Part shown: positions 48,997 through 63,159 of the stretch, piece after piece
How positions within the stretch are numbered: position 1 is the stretch's first letter
How the letters are laid out: every line of letters begins with the position of its first letter
Notes under the pieces: generated by a model
The model's database searches: none
What the model was told of the DNA's origin: nothing
What the model saw: only the letters and a program-made list of their open reading frames with translations
Position numbers and translations under genes: made by a program
DNA from: Phoronis australis
Lineage: Eukaryota > Animalia > Phoronida
Assembly: GCA_002633005.1 (NCBI GenBank)
Contig: NMRA01000004.1
Coordinates: forward strand, 2,211,935 to 2,275,934
Reading direction: 5' to 3'
Length of the DNA stretch: 64,000 nt

Positions 48997-51900
48997 ACGC
49001 AATAGCGATTCAGCATAAGTTGAAAGGTCTGGGTTAGCATTCAACATCGCTGTTCAGGAAATCAGCATTCGCCACCATGCCTATAGAAAAGACGTTCACA
49101 AGTCTAACATCATTGGCCGCCGCCATAATTGTGTCATGGACCTTACCGACACCTACATATGTACATGTAACAGGTGCGTGCTTTGACGGAGTACGCAAGT
49201 ACGCGAGATGTCGATTACCATGCCCGACTTTATTTTTTGAAATTGTGATGTCTTTGCTTGCAATATTGAGAACATAAAATATGAGCGATGTATTGAAAGA
49301 TATACACATAGGGGAAATATTATGTAAAACAAGAAAACAATTCGGGCAGCAAAGCTAATGTAAATAACGAGAAATACCTCATAAGCAACAGCGTGACTCA
49401 GTAATCCGATGCTGACCAGGTGAAGGTAGGCAATTGGAGGTTGGGCAGGTACAGAACTTGCAGGATTTTGTCCAGGGAGGGGTATGGGAAGTGATAAACA
49501 TGAGATAGGGGTCTGCTGAGGGCTACGCAGCTTCGTGGGAAGCAGGGGGCAGCGGAGGGGGGATGTGTCAGCGCCCCTCAACCACTAACGTTTGTGGACA
49601 GATAGCTTTCCGCTGCCCCCCGATATTCCAAGTGTCAATAAGTAACCATTAATTAACTATTGATTATTAACATATTCAACGCACAAATTTGTTTCAAAGA
49701 GAACGGTCACTGCCCTTCCAACCATGGAATGCAACGGTTTCCTTTGTCCTATGTCCAAAAAGTGTCCTCAGTCTTACTACATATGAAAAGGGTTCCAGGC
49801 CTTTGGTTCGAAAATTCACACCTTTCGACATTTTGCATTCCAGCAGTTGGAGGGGTGGACCCGCCTAGATCCGTGCTGCATCTGAATTTTTTAGTGGCTG
49901 CAGGTGCGATGACTAAGGTGAGTGAAACTGNCGAGGGGTAGAATTCCTGCCTGTAGTCCAATAAACTTGTATTGTGTACCGTTCTAAAACAGCCAAGATG
50001 AGTATTGAATAAACTGTCTATCTAGGAAAAAATTACGATGCCCTTCAAATCTTGTAAACCAGGAAAAAAGTCCTTTTATGTACTCCCATTTTTATTAAAT
50101 ACATGTATATAGCAGTTGAATTCAACACATAATCAACCTACACTAATCGGCGGATAAAATGGAAACTTCAAAGTAAGTACATGTACACCTGTAACACAGG
50201 ATTGCCTTATTTCCTGTTTAATGCTTTAATTTGCCCGCCGCTCACTGTTAGCGTAGCCTTTGGTGTTCGTGACACGTACCGTCCTTACCACAAGTTCTGC
50301 ACATCAGCCAGATCACAAAACACTGTGATACGATCAACGGAGATAATTTCTCTCATTCTTTCTATTCAGGAAGGTAAGAAACCAAAAATAGAACTAAGGC
50401 TTAAAAGAAAGTCGTCGAAGCTACATGTAACTACTACACACCGATGGACAACTTTTTTAGTTTTAACATTAAAATGTCTCAAATTATAGATTCCCGGACG
50501 AATTTTTCTCAAGTTTCCGACAAACATTTAATGTTTTTGAAAGAGTCATTGCTTTAATTTGCATATCTTACAAACTGAAATTCTTGAATAAAATTCACTA
50601 ATTTTTCAACATCATGATGTAGAAAAGTGTGTTGCTCAAAAGAAATTGCTAACAGTTTTGGTTTACTAACAGATATTGAAAATGACTTTCCTGTTCAGTT
50701 CTCTGAAACAAAATAATACTCTGTAACCCTTAGCAACCCTCAACAGTTTTGACGAAAATATGGAAGCTCCTTCCTAGGCATGCTAAACGGACAAGCGTGA
50801 TCTATACTTTTAGCGAATTGCATGGCAACTGCGGAAAAAGCCCACCCACCATGGACGATAATGTCCAATTTGTAAAATAGGGGATATGAGGTTTTAGTTG
50901 ATTAATGCTTTTATCTTTCAAGATTGGCTCAATGATGCATTAGCAGGTGACATAACGGGGATAAATTGAAATTACTGCAACAGAGTTTAGTATCCTTTTA
51001 ACAGGCGCGCGTAAGCTTAGCATACATCAGGCATGACGTCATAGGACATCAAACCACAGCACATGGCAACTGATAAGATGGGCCATGATGGATTGAATGA
51101 GGTCGTTTATATGAGATAAATAGGCTATTCCAAGCTTCGTTAATGCTATTCTCGAGTTTACGAACCTCTGGTACTAATGACTGCGCGGGAAGACGAGGTG
51201 AAGGGGGACAGTCATCTGTTGTATCGGCTCATTCCTCCAGGACGTGCTGCGTTCACGCTTCGAGTGTGACGTTTGAGCCTACATGTAAGTGCTGTGCACT
51301 CCTCGACAATTTCTTGAAAGAACGCGACAATCAGCATAACTCATGCATGTGTTTATATCCAATGGGAAAACAAAGTGGGCGCGCAATTCGTCGTTCACTC
51401 AGACACGCGGCAAGCAGGGGCCGGATAGCCTAATAACAAGAGAGTAGCTCATTAGGTTAGTCACGCAGCAGCATCTTCCATAATTTCAGTGCCATCTTTA
51501 GTGTCTCTCAAACACTATCAGTCGATACTAGGTAGCAAACATGCAGATACCTGAATTCTGAATATACATGTAAATATACGCGTAGAGTACGGATTTACCT
51601 CAAAACGATTTTGTTTGATTTGAATTACATTTTGCCCGATTTTGCTTGGGACGTTAGCGTTGGCAATAGGCCCATAGTGATGACTCGATTAGAATAGCAC
51701 ATCGTACGTCGGAATGTTCATCAGATATATAGGCCTACATGTATGTCCTCGCTGAACTAGCTGAACGTTTATACATACAAGAGCAGTAAAACTGGTTTTT
51801 CAGGAGCGACAACTTTGTAACCCAAACGAATAAGAGCAATCAAATTTGCCGTTGTGCTCGCCAAGTTACTCCACCAGTATACACCAACCGTAAGACTCTA

Positions 51901-52558
51901 CCACGAAATACGGATTGGCTGTACTCCATAACGTATTCCATGACAGTATTCACACATGTATTGGATAGAAACACAAACATTAACAAAAATATAGTTATGG
52001 TTACATCAAGCACCATTTTAACAATTTACTCAGGATTTTAAACTTAACTGCTAGACTGCAGCTAGAGTACAAAAAAACACTGAGAATTTGTAAAATGACA
52101 TTAGATTAATAAGTTGGGTTTCACCAAGTACCATTTGATCCGGGACCAATGAAACAATTACAGAAAAGTGGACTCTCTACTGCTTCTCATAAAATACTAG
52201 AGACGATATATTGCATCATCGTGGCTGTCTACAAGTTCAATTATCAGAATTGGCGGCCGCCATTAGCGAAAGTTAAGTTTGCGGAATCCACCATCTTGAA
52301 TTATCTACATTGTACATGTACAATGCGTAAGTTTGTACAGAGTGTGATTACAAGCGGACATTGTTCTGTGCCATATTTTCAAGTAATAAATTTCCAAAAG
52401 AATACATCACAGTGTTCATTGTGGATAAGTACTGGAGCGGCTACTAGGTAACATGTAATTACTGCGTCCCGGAGGGGCTACAGCCTCTGTTTTTCATGTT
52501 CTATATTCAGAAGTGTCTTATATTCCGAAAACGCAGATGCTGTCGGCTAAATCACAAT

Positions 52559-54910
52559 CAAGGTCCATGTTCGAGACTTGACTGTGTTATGGTCTAAAAT
52601 AATTTTTTGGTCACTTACCAAATACCAACTGAATCTTATTATGCAAAGAGTTATTTAGTTGTGCAAATTAAAAAAGGAATCATCAAAATCGGACAATGTT
52701 TGAGAAATATATGTTTTTGTCTATGAATTTCATGCATTTTTAGCGTTACGAGTGGCCATTTTAAAAATAACAATTTTCAACTGACAAGAGTAGAAAAGAA
52801 ATTTATTTTATCAAGCAAGCAATTGTTTAGATGTGACTGGGAATAACTTGAGTCACGTTCCGAGTCAATTAGATGAATTTGTGCTTAATCATTGAGAAAT
52901 GGTAGGGTTCATCATAAATCAGGCACTCGTTACGAAATTTGTAAATTCTGTGTTTCTAACCCTCACCTACTGTAAAGAAGGTTAAAAACTAAAGTTCACA
53001 CTCTGTAACAAAATGAACTTCAAAATATGTCAGCTTATGCAACACAGCTAATTAGTCAATATCTAAACAAACCAAAAGTTTGGATATTGAATCTGTTCTG
53101 CTATGTTGAAAATGAGCCAAAAAGGCTAACAAAATGTAGTGTACATACCCCCATGTGGAATTCAGTAACAAAAATGGTCATTGCAAATGAAATTATTGCC
53201 TTTTAAATAACAACATGGTGCTTATTATCACCGAAGAAAAATAAATGGCCATACAACATTATGATACCATGTGATGCAGAAACAGTGATGTAGTGTACGT
53301 ACCCCCTTTCGTAGTGTACGTACCCCCATGTTTACAAATGCCATAAAATTAAAATATCACTTGGTAAGTGAGCAACATTGGTCATAGACAGTTTCCTTCC
53401 TTAAAAATGTTAGGTTTAAAGAATGTTTATTGCAAATGCATTTGTTTTGAGTGAAATATTAGCATTTGTGTAGTGTACGTACTCCCATATTTTAATTTCT
53501 GCCCATTTTCAAAGTATGGCAGATATGCATATGAATGCTGTTTTAGTATTTTTTTTCTCTTTGAATTGAATTAGTAAATCAACTAACTGTCAGTAGATTC
53601 TTAGTGTTTATTTACTGTACAAACATGACATTGAAATGTAGTGTACAGTGTACGTACCCCTGTGTAGTGTACGTACCCCGATGGGAATAAATACCATGAA
53701 ACAAAAATATTGCACAGTAAGTAAGCAACACTTGTCACAGACAGCTTCCTCCATTGAAAATGTTAGGTTAAAAGGGTGTTAATTACAAATATATTTGTTT
53801 AAGTGAAATATTAGCATTTGTGTAGTGTACGTTCCCCTATATTTTAACATGTGCCTGTTTTCAAAGAATAACAGACAGATATGGGACACGACTGCATGCT
53901 GTACTTTTATTGTTCGCTTTGAATATTGGTAAATGCTCTACCTCTCAGTATATTTTGATTATTTTTATAAACCTGAAAAGTCATTGAAATGTAGTGTACA
54001 TACCCCTGTGTAGAGTACGTACCTCCAGCCTCTGTGCTATAAATCATTGCCCACAAGAATTTTTACATACTGCTGTTCTCATGAACAATACTGATATTTC
54101 CAAAATGAATACAGTCTGACAAAAAAAAACAATGGACATTATCAAATTTGTGGTCAATAAAATGCCACACAGGACTTGGCTAGTACTGAAAATCCTAGAA
54201 GACACATCATGTGACAACTGATGTTGCAGAGGCAGGTTCTCTGTCTCTCAAAGCAACTTCAGCTTGCAAAAAACCAACAATTAGAGGCAGCACAAAACTC
54301 GAGACCATCCCATACACTTGTAACTTAGTCAAAATTTGACGTTGATTGGCTGCGCGTAGTGTACGTACCCCCAACCAGTACCATTTTTTACTGTTTACAA
54401 GTAAAACACTGGGCCTAGCATTGTTTTAATATTTTACCAACTGGTGAATGCATTGAAAACTAGGCCAATAGCACCAATAAAGTTTTTGAAAAAGTAGTTA
54501 CTCGTCATTTTCTTTTTGTAAGAATCATATTGCAAGAGAAGAAGTTCTCATTATACTGTGTTAAGATTGCAATGTATCATATCTAGAACAACTTGATCAG
54601 CACGGTAATAACTTTTTCTTATTTTAGTATGTGATACTTCTTAAATGTAATCAAAAAATTATTAAATTAACAGCTATCTTATGAATTTTTACATGGTAGA
54701 AGTAGGTTGTGACCACAAGTTGTAGTGTACGTACCCTTTTGTACAACTGTGATGCATTAGGCCATAAAATTTTATTCGGTGGTTCTTGTGCAAAAATATT
54801 TTAGATTACAAACCTGAAATGATGGTACAGTACTTTAAAACAAACCAGCTTTTACAGTACTATGACATCCTTCATTTTTCACCAAAAGTGGCCACCGAAT
54901 ATGGACCTTG
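52559..54910. mobile_element. Non-autonomous TIR element with arrayed internal motif TGTAGTGTACGTACCCC
   Basis: TIR CAAGGTCCATGTTCG / CGAATATGGACCTTG; about 11 same-orientation motif copies; ~350-bp internal tandem duplication. Confidence 0.7.
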
Positions 54911-55768
54911 ATTGGGATTTGACTGTGCCGGATAGCTCAAAAATGTTAAAATATTGCCATCGCCACTTTGCTAATGAATTCTTGCGTTTCATAAAAAGAC
55001 ATCTACGGATACCCACGCCGGATTGGGCTACACGTGTCTTTCCTCCATTACCGACTGCTGCCTGCTGTGTCTGTGAAACTCATAGGACATAACAGGCGGC
55101 GCCAATGTTGTCAAAAACAGTTCACGGTTTCACATTCTTGGAATCGGGATTTCCTAATTGCAACGTCAAACAATTATGTCGCGCTCTATAAACAGTCTGA
55201 ATCACCCTGCTGGCTATGCTTTGTTCGAACACTTCTCGAAACACAGCAAAGTACATTTGGTGTAACGATTTTGAAATGGGGCGCTTATTTTCAAACCGTG
55301 AACAACTGTTTTTTTTACAACACTGGCGCAGCCTGAAAGATCCTACAATGTAACATCACCTATAATGCTTAACCAACACAAACAATCTGGTTCATGAAAT
55401 AGTCTCAATGGGGACTCAACTATATTCAGGAGCTTCTTTTTCGCGTTATTGATGGACTGAGGCCATTGCCTGAAAAGGCCTTTATTTACTTCCATTTATA
55501 CCAACAATGATAATAAAGGACAACCAGTGTTTTTATCAGGCCCGCAAATTCTGCTGAAATTCCAAAGTATTTAGCTAAGTTTCGAATGCAACCGGCGTCT
55601 AGATTATATTTTTGTCCACCAGCAGGACTGTGTGCACAATTCAGATTACTACACACAGGGCACCAAATGAAATAAGAATGTTTAAACAGCATGCACTCAA
55701 ATGATGAACATTTATTTATAAATTTCTAAGAAACATCTGTTACAGATTCAAGGTGGTAGCTGTCATGT

Positions 55769-55919
55769 TTATGACATCATTCTCTCCTTGACATCTTCAC
55801 TGAATTCTGTCAAGTTTCTTAGTTTCGTTTGAGCGCGAAGACCAATGACGTTCCTTTCCAGGATCGTAAAGTAGTTTGGATGTTGTATAAGGTAACCAAT
55901 GATCTGACGCGTGTTTATT
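55769..55919 (-). CDS. TOG-domain gene, last coding exon
   Basis: tttag|INTRQIIGYLIQHPNYFTILERNVIGLRAQTKLRNLTEFSEDVKERMMS*. Confidence 0.78.
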
Positions 55920-58900
55920 CTAAAATGACAGACAAGGACCCGGAATCTAATATTTGTACTCGAAACGAACTCGAATTTTTTAACAATTTCTCTGCTACTT
56001 TTGTGCCAACTCAAGATAAGCGATTATTAGATTTTGATCGAATATATTATAGTGTACACATATGAGTTTCTAGTCCACGTTTGCACTTGACTACCCTTAT
56101 ATTTGTGTTACAAACTGGAGTAAAAACTCGAAATTTCGAGTTCAAACTCGAACTTCAGTTTTTATGTTGGGTTTATCAACTGCAAACGTGGACAGAAAAA
56201 TTATCCATGCAAGTCATTATGTATTCGAGCATAGAATTACATACACTTATTTTGAGTTCTCACAAAATTAGAGTAGAAAATGCCAAACATAATGTCGAGT
56301 TCCATATCGAGTAAAAAGATTAGGACCAGGGCTAAGATGTACAATAGCAATTCCACGCAAGTGCAGTATTCCGGAGGTCAGAATAAGAATGCATGGAGTA
56401 TTCTTGTGCACGTACTTAAGTTAAAGTTGCTACATAAATTATCCCTTAAATTACGCCTCGTTATCGATGTGAAATCGTATGCAAATTACAAATAATATTA
56501 AAGGTCGTGTCGAACCTGACAGTTCTTCATTGCTTCACACAACGCAAATGTCAGATAAAGAAACTGCTGTTAGACCAACAGTACACTGAGTCATCCAAAC
56601 ACTAAACTAAGTACTTGTAAACTAAGATCTTAGTAGACCATGATGTACACTCAAACTGTCAACGTCACGCGCTTTAAGAAGGTGTGATGTGAGACTGGTA
56701 CAACAATCTAGGACACTTACAAGGCCTGGTCTGGTCCTTTGGTGATGAACATCCAGAGTATATCAAACAATCTGCAGAGTTCCTTTCCTTTAATCAAAAC
56801 TCTGTTTGCACCAATGCGGGGAATCGCCTCAAGAATCATGCCAGACGCCAGTTTCCGTGCCCCGGGTTTTCTACAAACGTGCAGAATTTTACAACTGTCA
56901 GTGTCCGCACATTACGTTAAAATGGTAGATTGAAACTGGGATGCTTTCAAATAAATGTTTAGCGTATCTTCAGAACTTTACATGTATCTTAAACCTACAC
57001 GTCAACTCCACTTGCATGAAAATATTTATGCTTTTTACTGAAACCTGTCATCTAGAACTTCACTCTCTTTTCTAATACTGAACTATTCATTGCCTTACAG
57101 AATATTAACGTCGCTTGTATAACAGAAAAACGAACAACTTTAAAGTATCTAACAACTCAGAATGCGACATATACATGTTGGGTTACGTACTCCAATGGAC
57201 CGTGAAGCGCCAGACTAAGAATTCGCGCCGGTGGAATGTCGCCTCTATCGTCACATGACATTATGTGATCCAGAGCTTTTTCGATGTCTTTCCTGATGAT
57301 TTCCAAGTTCTTTTTTGTGTAAGTGGTTACCAGGACATCATAAATTCGGGCTAGCACCTGACGGGAAAGAAACTATATTTCAACCACTCATCATACGGGA
57401 GGCATAATCTAAATAAACCGAGCTTCGAGAAAGATAGGTAAAAGCCGAGACTAGATTTAGCCTAAGTGCTGGTAAAAAGCCGGATGGATATATACTCGTT
57501 CCCAGTTTTAGTAACGCAAAATAAACGCCTGTGCATTTATTCGGAATAGGGGGCGTGTAAACAGAAAGTCATAGGTTTGCTGACTTTGACGTTTAATTTA
57601 CTTAAAACTGTATTTTTAAAGTTCATGTTAATATACCCGTAGTTCGCCAGCACCTTGTTTGTTTTTATCAATGATAGATGCTTCATACAAAACTGTGTCA
57701 AAATCATAACACTTGGTGGGCTTTTAAAAGGGACTTTTCCGAATAAACGCAACACTATTTGAACACTTGACACCAGAGGTTGTAACACAAAATAAACGCC
57801 GATGGGTGTCTATCGCACTTGATGGCCCATAGATTCGAGTCACAAGCTCGAAATTTCGAATAGAAATTTGGAATTTCGAATTAAGACTGGATCTTTTAGC
57901 CTTTATGTGAGGGTCATCAAATGCAAATTAGGATTGGACAGTTATCTATGCAAGCCATTAATAATGCGAGCACAGAATCGTAGACATACATCTTGATATT
58001 TACACACAAGTATAACAGAAAATCCCAACAATATTTTCGTGTTCGCTTTAAAGTAAAATTGTTAGACCACATGCCCGCATCCACGAAGAGTGTGATATTT
58101 AAAGATCGACATGGATCGAGGTTGCTGCCTCATCTTCAAACGCTAGCGTACAATTACGGCTGATCGGAATGATAGTAGAAATTATAAATATAATTTTGTA
58201 ATATCTTCAAGCGGATATTACAGTAAATGTGTTTACCAACAGCATTTACTAACGGGGACAACATGAAATGTGACTACATAATTTACAATGTTCAAGCACG
58301 TTTCGGTTACAACCATGGGTATGAAGAAGTCAAAAGATATTCCTCTCAGTCGTATAACACAGCCCAGTTCATGCCATGTCGGATTTGCCAGATTTTTCAG
58401 GGATAAAACATATCCTAATCTCCTTCATCTTCAAAAATATTACTTTGTAATAAACAGATGGCCTGAGGATTTTGATGGTGCACCAGACGTGCTGAGCCCT
58501 GCAGATTTTGTTCAGAGTCTGTCTCAAGATCGACACACGCTTGAACAATGTGTTGACAGTTGCCGACGTATAGTTGCTTTAATTTCTCACGTGAGTGCAG
58601 TAGAGTCACAATTGTTCGTGCATGCATACTTTTCTTTAGTTATTGATTGACTGATAATCACCACCAACCTTTCTTAATTTACTTAAGATCATATATATAT
58701 ATATATGTATAAGCTTTTGACGTGTCTGTCCGTTATTCTCCTTTTGGACGACAAGTAAGAATATCCAAGAAGCGCAACACCGCACACCCCATTTTTGTTA
58801 TACCCATGATTGCAACGCTCTGCGAAGTGTCCTGGTTCATAATTGACAAAATTTCAGACTTTGTTCATGTGTCTTGGAAGACTCGTCACGAGTTCTCCTA

Positions 58901-61540
58901 TGGCGGTAATGGCGAGTCGTGCCACGCGCTGTCGTCTGCTAATGGTTTCCTTGAGCAACTGTTCGGTGACCGGTTTAAGGTATCTGCTCACAACGTCTGG
59001 GTGATACTTGAGAAGACGTCTGATATTTAAGAGGATTTCACATTGGTTATCCCTATACAAAAAATCAAAATAGGCCGTGCATGTACATGTGCCAGAGTTA
59101 ACAGTATACAAACCTTATGACTAAGCAGTTTAACCTAGCACCATGTTTAAGTTAGTTCTGATTCCATAGACTCAAATTCAAATATAAGATACAAGGACTG
59201 AAGACACTGACTCTAAATTTACCAGTCTATGTTTCTAATGGAGTCCAATGTTTCCCTTATGGCGAGGTTGGGGTGGTTAATGGGTTGCAGGTCTTCTTGT
59301 GTCTCGATATCGACGACTGCCCGCTCCTGCATTCTAAACACACCAAACATTAACAATGCATAGTTAACTCATGTACTTTGCTGAAGGTTTACAAACAGCG
59401 ACAAAGTACTCTTTAATACAAAGACACTGGACTGAATTTGAAGCACTGCACGTGTGGTTGATGTCCCTTTGCAACGTAGTTTGCGATCCGTGTCGAAGCA
59501 AACAGTTAAATTGATTTCTTTGCAATTTCATGTACATTCACTTTACAATTTTTCCTTAAGACATGGTACTTTTGTCCCCTCCCCCTCTTACGACATCCTA
59601 CATCTGAAAGTGTATATATACAGGCTACGAATCTTATGAAAAAACTACTGAAAACAAAATTTCCTTAAAGTCTGCACATTGAAGTTGAAGTTAAATTTAG
59701 TTAAAGTCTGAGATCTTCATGGTTCGTTAACCCGTCAATAGGTCTTGAGAAACTCGCATGTACCAACTGTTGCTGTAATAATAGGTTAACACTAATGTCT
59801 AGCACGTACTCAAATGCTACATCGGTAGTGTAAATCTTCGTTGCTGGCGGTACGGGTCTCCTGTGGAGCCTTTCTCCCGGTGGGTCATGCTCTTCAAATA
59901 TGTGACTGGCTGTAACAGACCGACCAATTATTACAATTCAGTCGGGTTAGCCTTGTGGTTATTGGTCAAGTCAGGCAAACATTATGGCAATGCCGTTCTT
60001 TTCGTTCAATTCAGCAAACCAAATGGCATGCTCCTTGATTGCAGGGATTTCAGTTGGAATGGATAATTACGACAAACGCAATTAACTCACGCTCAATTGT
60101 TACCGTTGCAAAATCTCATAAAGGTTAAGCAAATTTTTAAGTGCCCAGGGGTAGCGTTCCAAAAAAGCAAGATTACACGGACAGGTACTTTTCTTCGCCA
60201 GGTTTCGCCAAGCAATCGAGGCATGGGATCATACTACTTTTTTCACGCGTGCCTTGCGTCTACAGAACGCATACCAGGGTCTCTTCTGTGTGTTCCCGAT
60301 GAGTTATTCATATTTAAATACGTAGCATTTGATATCAACTGAGCATCATTCAAGCGTCAGATCAATTCAAACAGCTAGGTACAAAGGCACTATTTTTGCA
60401 CTGCACTTTAAATTCGGCGACACAGTTGTATGAGCTGGTAACCTACATGTATTCCGTAGTTACTGCTCCCGTTAAGGAAGAACTCCCCCAAGTGGTTGGA
60501 CAGCGTAAATCGTTGTTCGTGACCACAAGCATGTATGTAAGCATGTATGTGCTATAAATCCAGAAATATTATGTTTCAAGGACGGCCAGTGATTCTTATA
60601 AGAACGCTGAAAAGACTGGCACAAACAGACTTGTAATCTGGTCACTATAAGTAAATACAAATACTGAAGATTTTTGTCGTTCATTACATCGTACGTACTA
60701 AGCGTGGCATCGCTCTAAGTAGCACCACTGATATAGCGATTGTACAAGATACATATGACACTCAGCTTTTAATATCCTACCTGTATGTGTTTTGCTATCT
60801 TCATTGTCTTGCACGATTATGACGGACGATGGTTGTTTGATTTGACGCTTAGGTCGTTCCTCTATCGAAAGTTAACATTTAAAACAGTAATAAAACAGGC
60901 AAAAGTTAGTGATGTGTGTTCACTGGGTAAATGTATACATGCAACGACTAAGAAATACTAATCGACATCGATCCGCAATACGATTCAGTAAAACAGTGTC
61001 TAAAATTTGTCCCTTGTGTAAAGCAGAAAGCGGTCTTAAGTCACTCCAATTCACAAATTCTCTGCTGCAAACGGTGTGATCGTTTTAGAAGTCAAAATCC
61101 CTTATAGCGCCATCTTGAAATTCTTTATTTTGCTTCATGTTTAGGGGGCACCCTTTGCTTTTATTTGTAAGTTGGATTTCGTAATTACACAACACAATCC
61201 AAGGCCCAGAATGATTTCATTAGTTAGTACTACAACGGAAAGATAGAGCTGATGACGGGGTTTAATAGAGTTTTGAGTTTGTGATTTTGGCTTGACCTAA
61301 GTGTAATATTAGTTCTGTGTCGACTTTATGTTTATGACTACCGTGACGATGATCGTACAGTTAGGATGGAGGCATTCCTGGGGCATTAAACTGTCTCAAT
61401 CTTTTTCAAGGACATTTTGTCTAAAGTTCAGATGGTTTGAAATCCGTGTTAATTTCCCATGTTTATTCTATGTTATAAAAACACGTCATATAGGTCTACA
61501 TGTCGTATTGTGGTTTGGAAATCTTACCCAGGTCGGCCAT
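55769..61540 (-). CDS. Single TOG (HEAT-repeat) domain protein, TOGARAM/crescerin(FAM179)-like, ~321 aa
   Basis: Exons 61528-61540, 60781-60861, 59810-59909, 59223-59333, 58860-59052, 57191-57357, 56721-56870, 55769-55919; phases are consistent. DLQPINHPNLAIRETLDSIRNIDWDNQCEILLNIRRLLKYHPDVV, VARLAITAIGEL, IRKDIEKAL..PARIL and HPNY resemble the last TOG of TOGARAM proteins. The ATG has a Kozak context (acaATGG) with an in-frame stop upstream; the 5' exons are less certain. Confidence 0.78.
55937..56332. mobile_element. Harbinger-type MITE, diverged copy of 46011-46410, in the last intron of the TOG gene
   Basis: gacccgg.atctaat..ttgtactcgaaacgaactcg ... gagtaaaaagattaggacc; shared aaaactcgaaatttcgagttcaaactcg core. 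Confidence 0.7.
56721..56870 (-). CDS. TOG-domain gene exon (HEAT D/E)
   Basis: tgtag|KPGARKLASGMILEAIPRIGANRVLIKGKELCRLFDILWMFITKGPDQA|gtaagt. Confidence 0.8.
57191..57357 (-). CDS. TOG-domain gene exon (HEAT C)
   Basis: gtcag|VLARIYDVLVTTYTKKNLEIIRKDIEKALDHIMSCDDRGDIPPARILSLALHGPL|gtacgt. Confidence 0.82.
58860..59052 (-). CDS. TOG-domain gene exon (HEAT A/B)
   Basis: tatag|DNQCEILLNIRRLLKYHPDVVSRYLKPVTEQLLKETISRRQRVARLAITAIGELVTSLPRHMNK|gtctga. Confidence 0.82.
59223..59333 (-). CDS. TOG-domain gene exon (HEAT A)
   Basis: tttag|EMQERAVVDIETQEDLQPINHPNLAIRETLDSIRNIDW|gtaaat. Confidence 0.8.
59810..60861 (-). CDS. TOG-domain gene N-terminal exons (60781-60861 and 59810-59909)
   Basis: Open, phase-compatible exons ERPKRQIKQPSSVIIVQDNEDSKTHT and SHIFEEHDPPGERLHRRPVPPATKIYTTDVAF with canonical splice sites. 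Confidence 0.65.
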
Positions 61541-63159
61541 TGTTGGCGAGGGAGCAGCATCGTCTACACATATGCGCTCATATAACTATCCACGTCACAA
61601 TGACATCATTCGCTCTGAAAAAACTGCATGCACCGTGCAGTTCGTAGATTTACAATTATAGCGCACCTAGAGACCTCTACACTAACTTTCTGGAAGCCTT
61701 GCTCTTCAGTTGCAATACTCTCGAATTCGACAGCCAAATGTTGCTACATGTACAGTTACTGAGTAGCCTGCATCTGGCAAACGAAGATGGCCATTGTTTT
61801 CGTTCCCAGACAACCAGAATGAAACACGTGAAAAATAATCAAAAGTCATTGAACTCATCATGCCAAAATATTCAATTAAGCAACTTTAGATACATCTGTA
61901 AGAAACATGCGTTGGCTACGGTTAACGTGTTGTCGTGCAACAGTTCTCAATAAATGGAATGTTCTACCTTCATAGTTTTGATTCTGTCAATTGAAACCTT
62001 TATTTTAAAATATTTCGTTCAAGGAAAGGATTGGTCTGCAGGGGTGTTAAAATTTGGTTTAATTTTGGTATTTTTTTCTCAGATCCTTGACATTTTGTAG
62101 AGGTACTTCTGACAAAATGGCGTGGAACAACAGGTTTGTGAACCTTATTAATATTTCGGCGTGTACTGACGAATTATTTAATCCTCCAACCTTGTCTACA
62201 TCTTCATTTGCAGCAGGTACACTGTACTGTATTTTTGTTAATTAGGGCACTGTGACTACCTCAGATAACACATTGATTCCCAAAATTTAGGCAAATTCGT
62301 CTTTCGATGGATGACCATTCATGTACCTTTTCCGGCGAACCTGTAACTACAATGTAAATATCCGGAGACACTGAAGTTACGTGTACAGTAACTTCTTATT
62401 AGGTTCTCTGCAGAAAACACTTAATGGAACAGTAGCAATGTTGTTTAAAAGGTTGACTGTGACGACTGTAAGGAATTCTATATCGGACTCACTCACAGTG
62501 ATTGAACATGAATTTTTTTATTTGTGGGGCGATCGTCCGTTTTTTCACTTTGATCAGTACCCTAAACATGCGCTTTGGTTTACGAAAAAATATCTCATCC
62601 AATACACATCTCGTCAAGACAATGCAATACATGACGACGCTATAAACCCTTGATTTGATGGGGAGTTTGTTGGATACCCGGAGGTGAATAGCGCACGCTT
62701 ACTCGTCAACCGTTCAAAACATGTTTGTGTAAGTGTTGCCTAATAAAACGTACATTGTATCCCAGTCGCCAGGATCTATTTTTATTCGAGATCGAACACT
62801 AAATTATATCCAACATTCTTCGTTAGGTTCAAATTTCATACGAACTCAAGGTAAGTGCCTCTGATGCTGCGCTCGAGTATGTCAGGCTTTAGGTGACAAA
62901 AATAATTTTGTTGTACAATTGCGGAATTTCAGAACATTTTTTGTAAACATTGGGGGTATTGTTCGATTGTCTGGAAAAGCTGTACCCTCTGCTCCCTGCA
63001 TACCTTAATAATAAAGAAAATATGAGGATATGTCTGGGTATCTCCACAGGAACACAGAGGCGTAATATTATTAAAATTATGTAGAAAATATATCTGAAAC
63101 TAAATAAGGCGATCCAGATCCTCCCAAGGATACTATTGTTTCATGAAATGAAGAATACA

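Noticed and set aside
58288-58650. 120-aa + strand ORF
   Set aside because: It lies antisense in a TOG-gene intron, has no recognisable motif, and is not needed for phase continuity.
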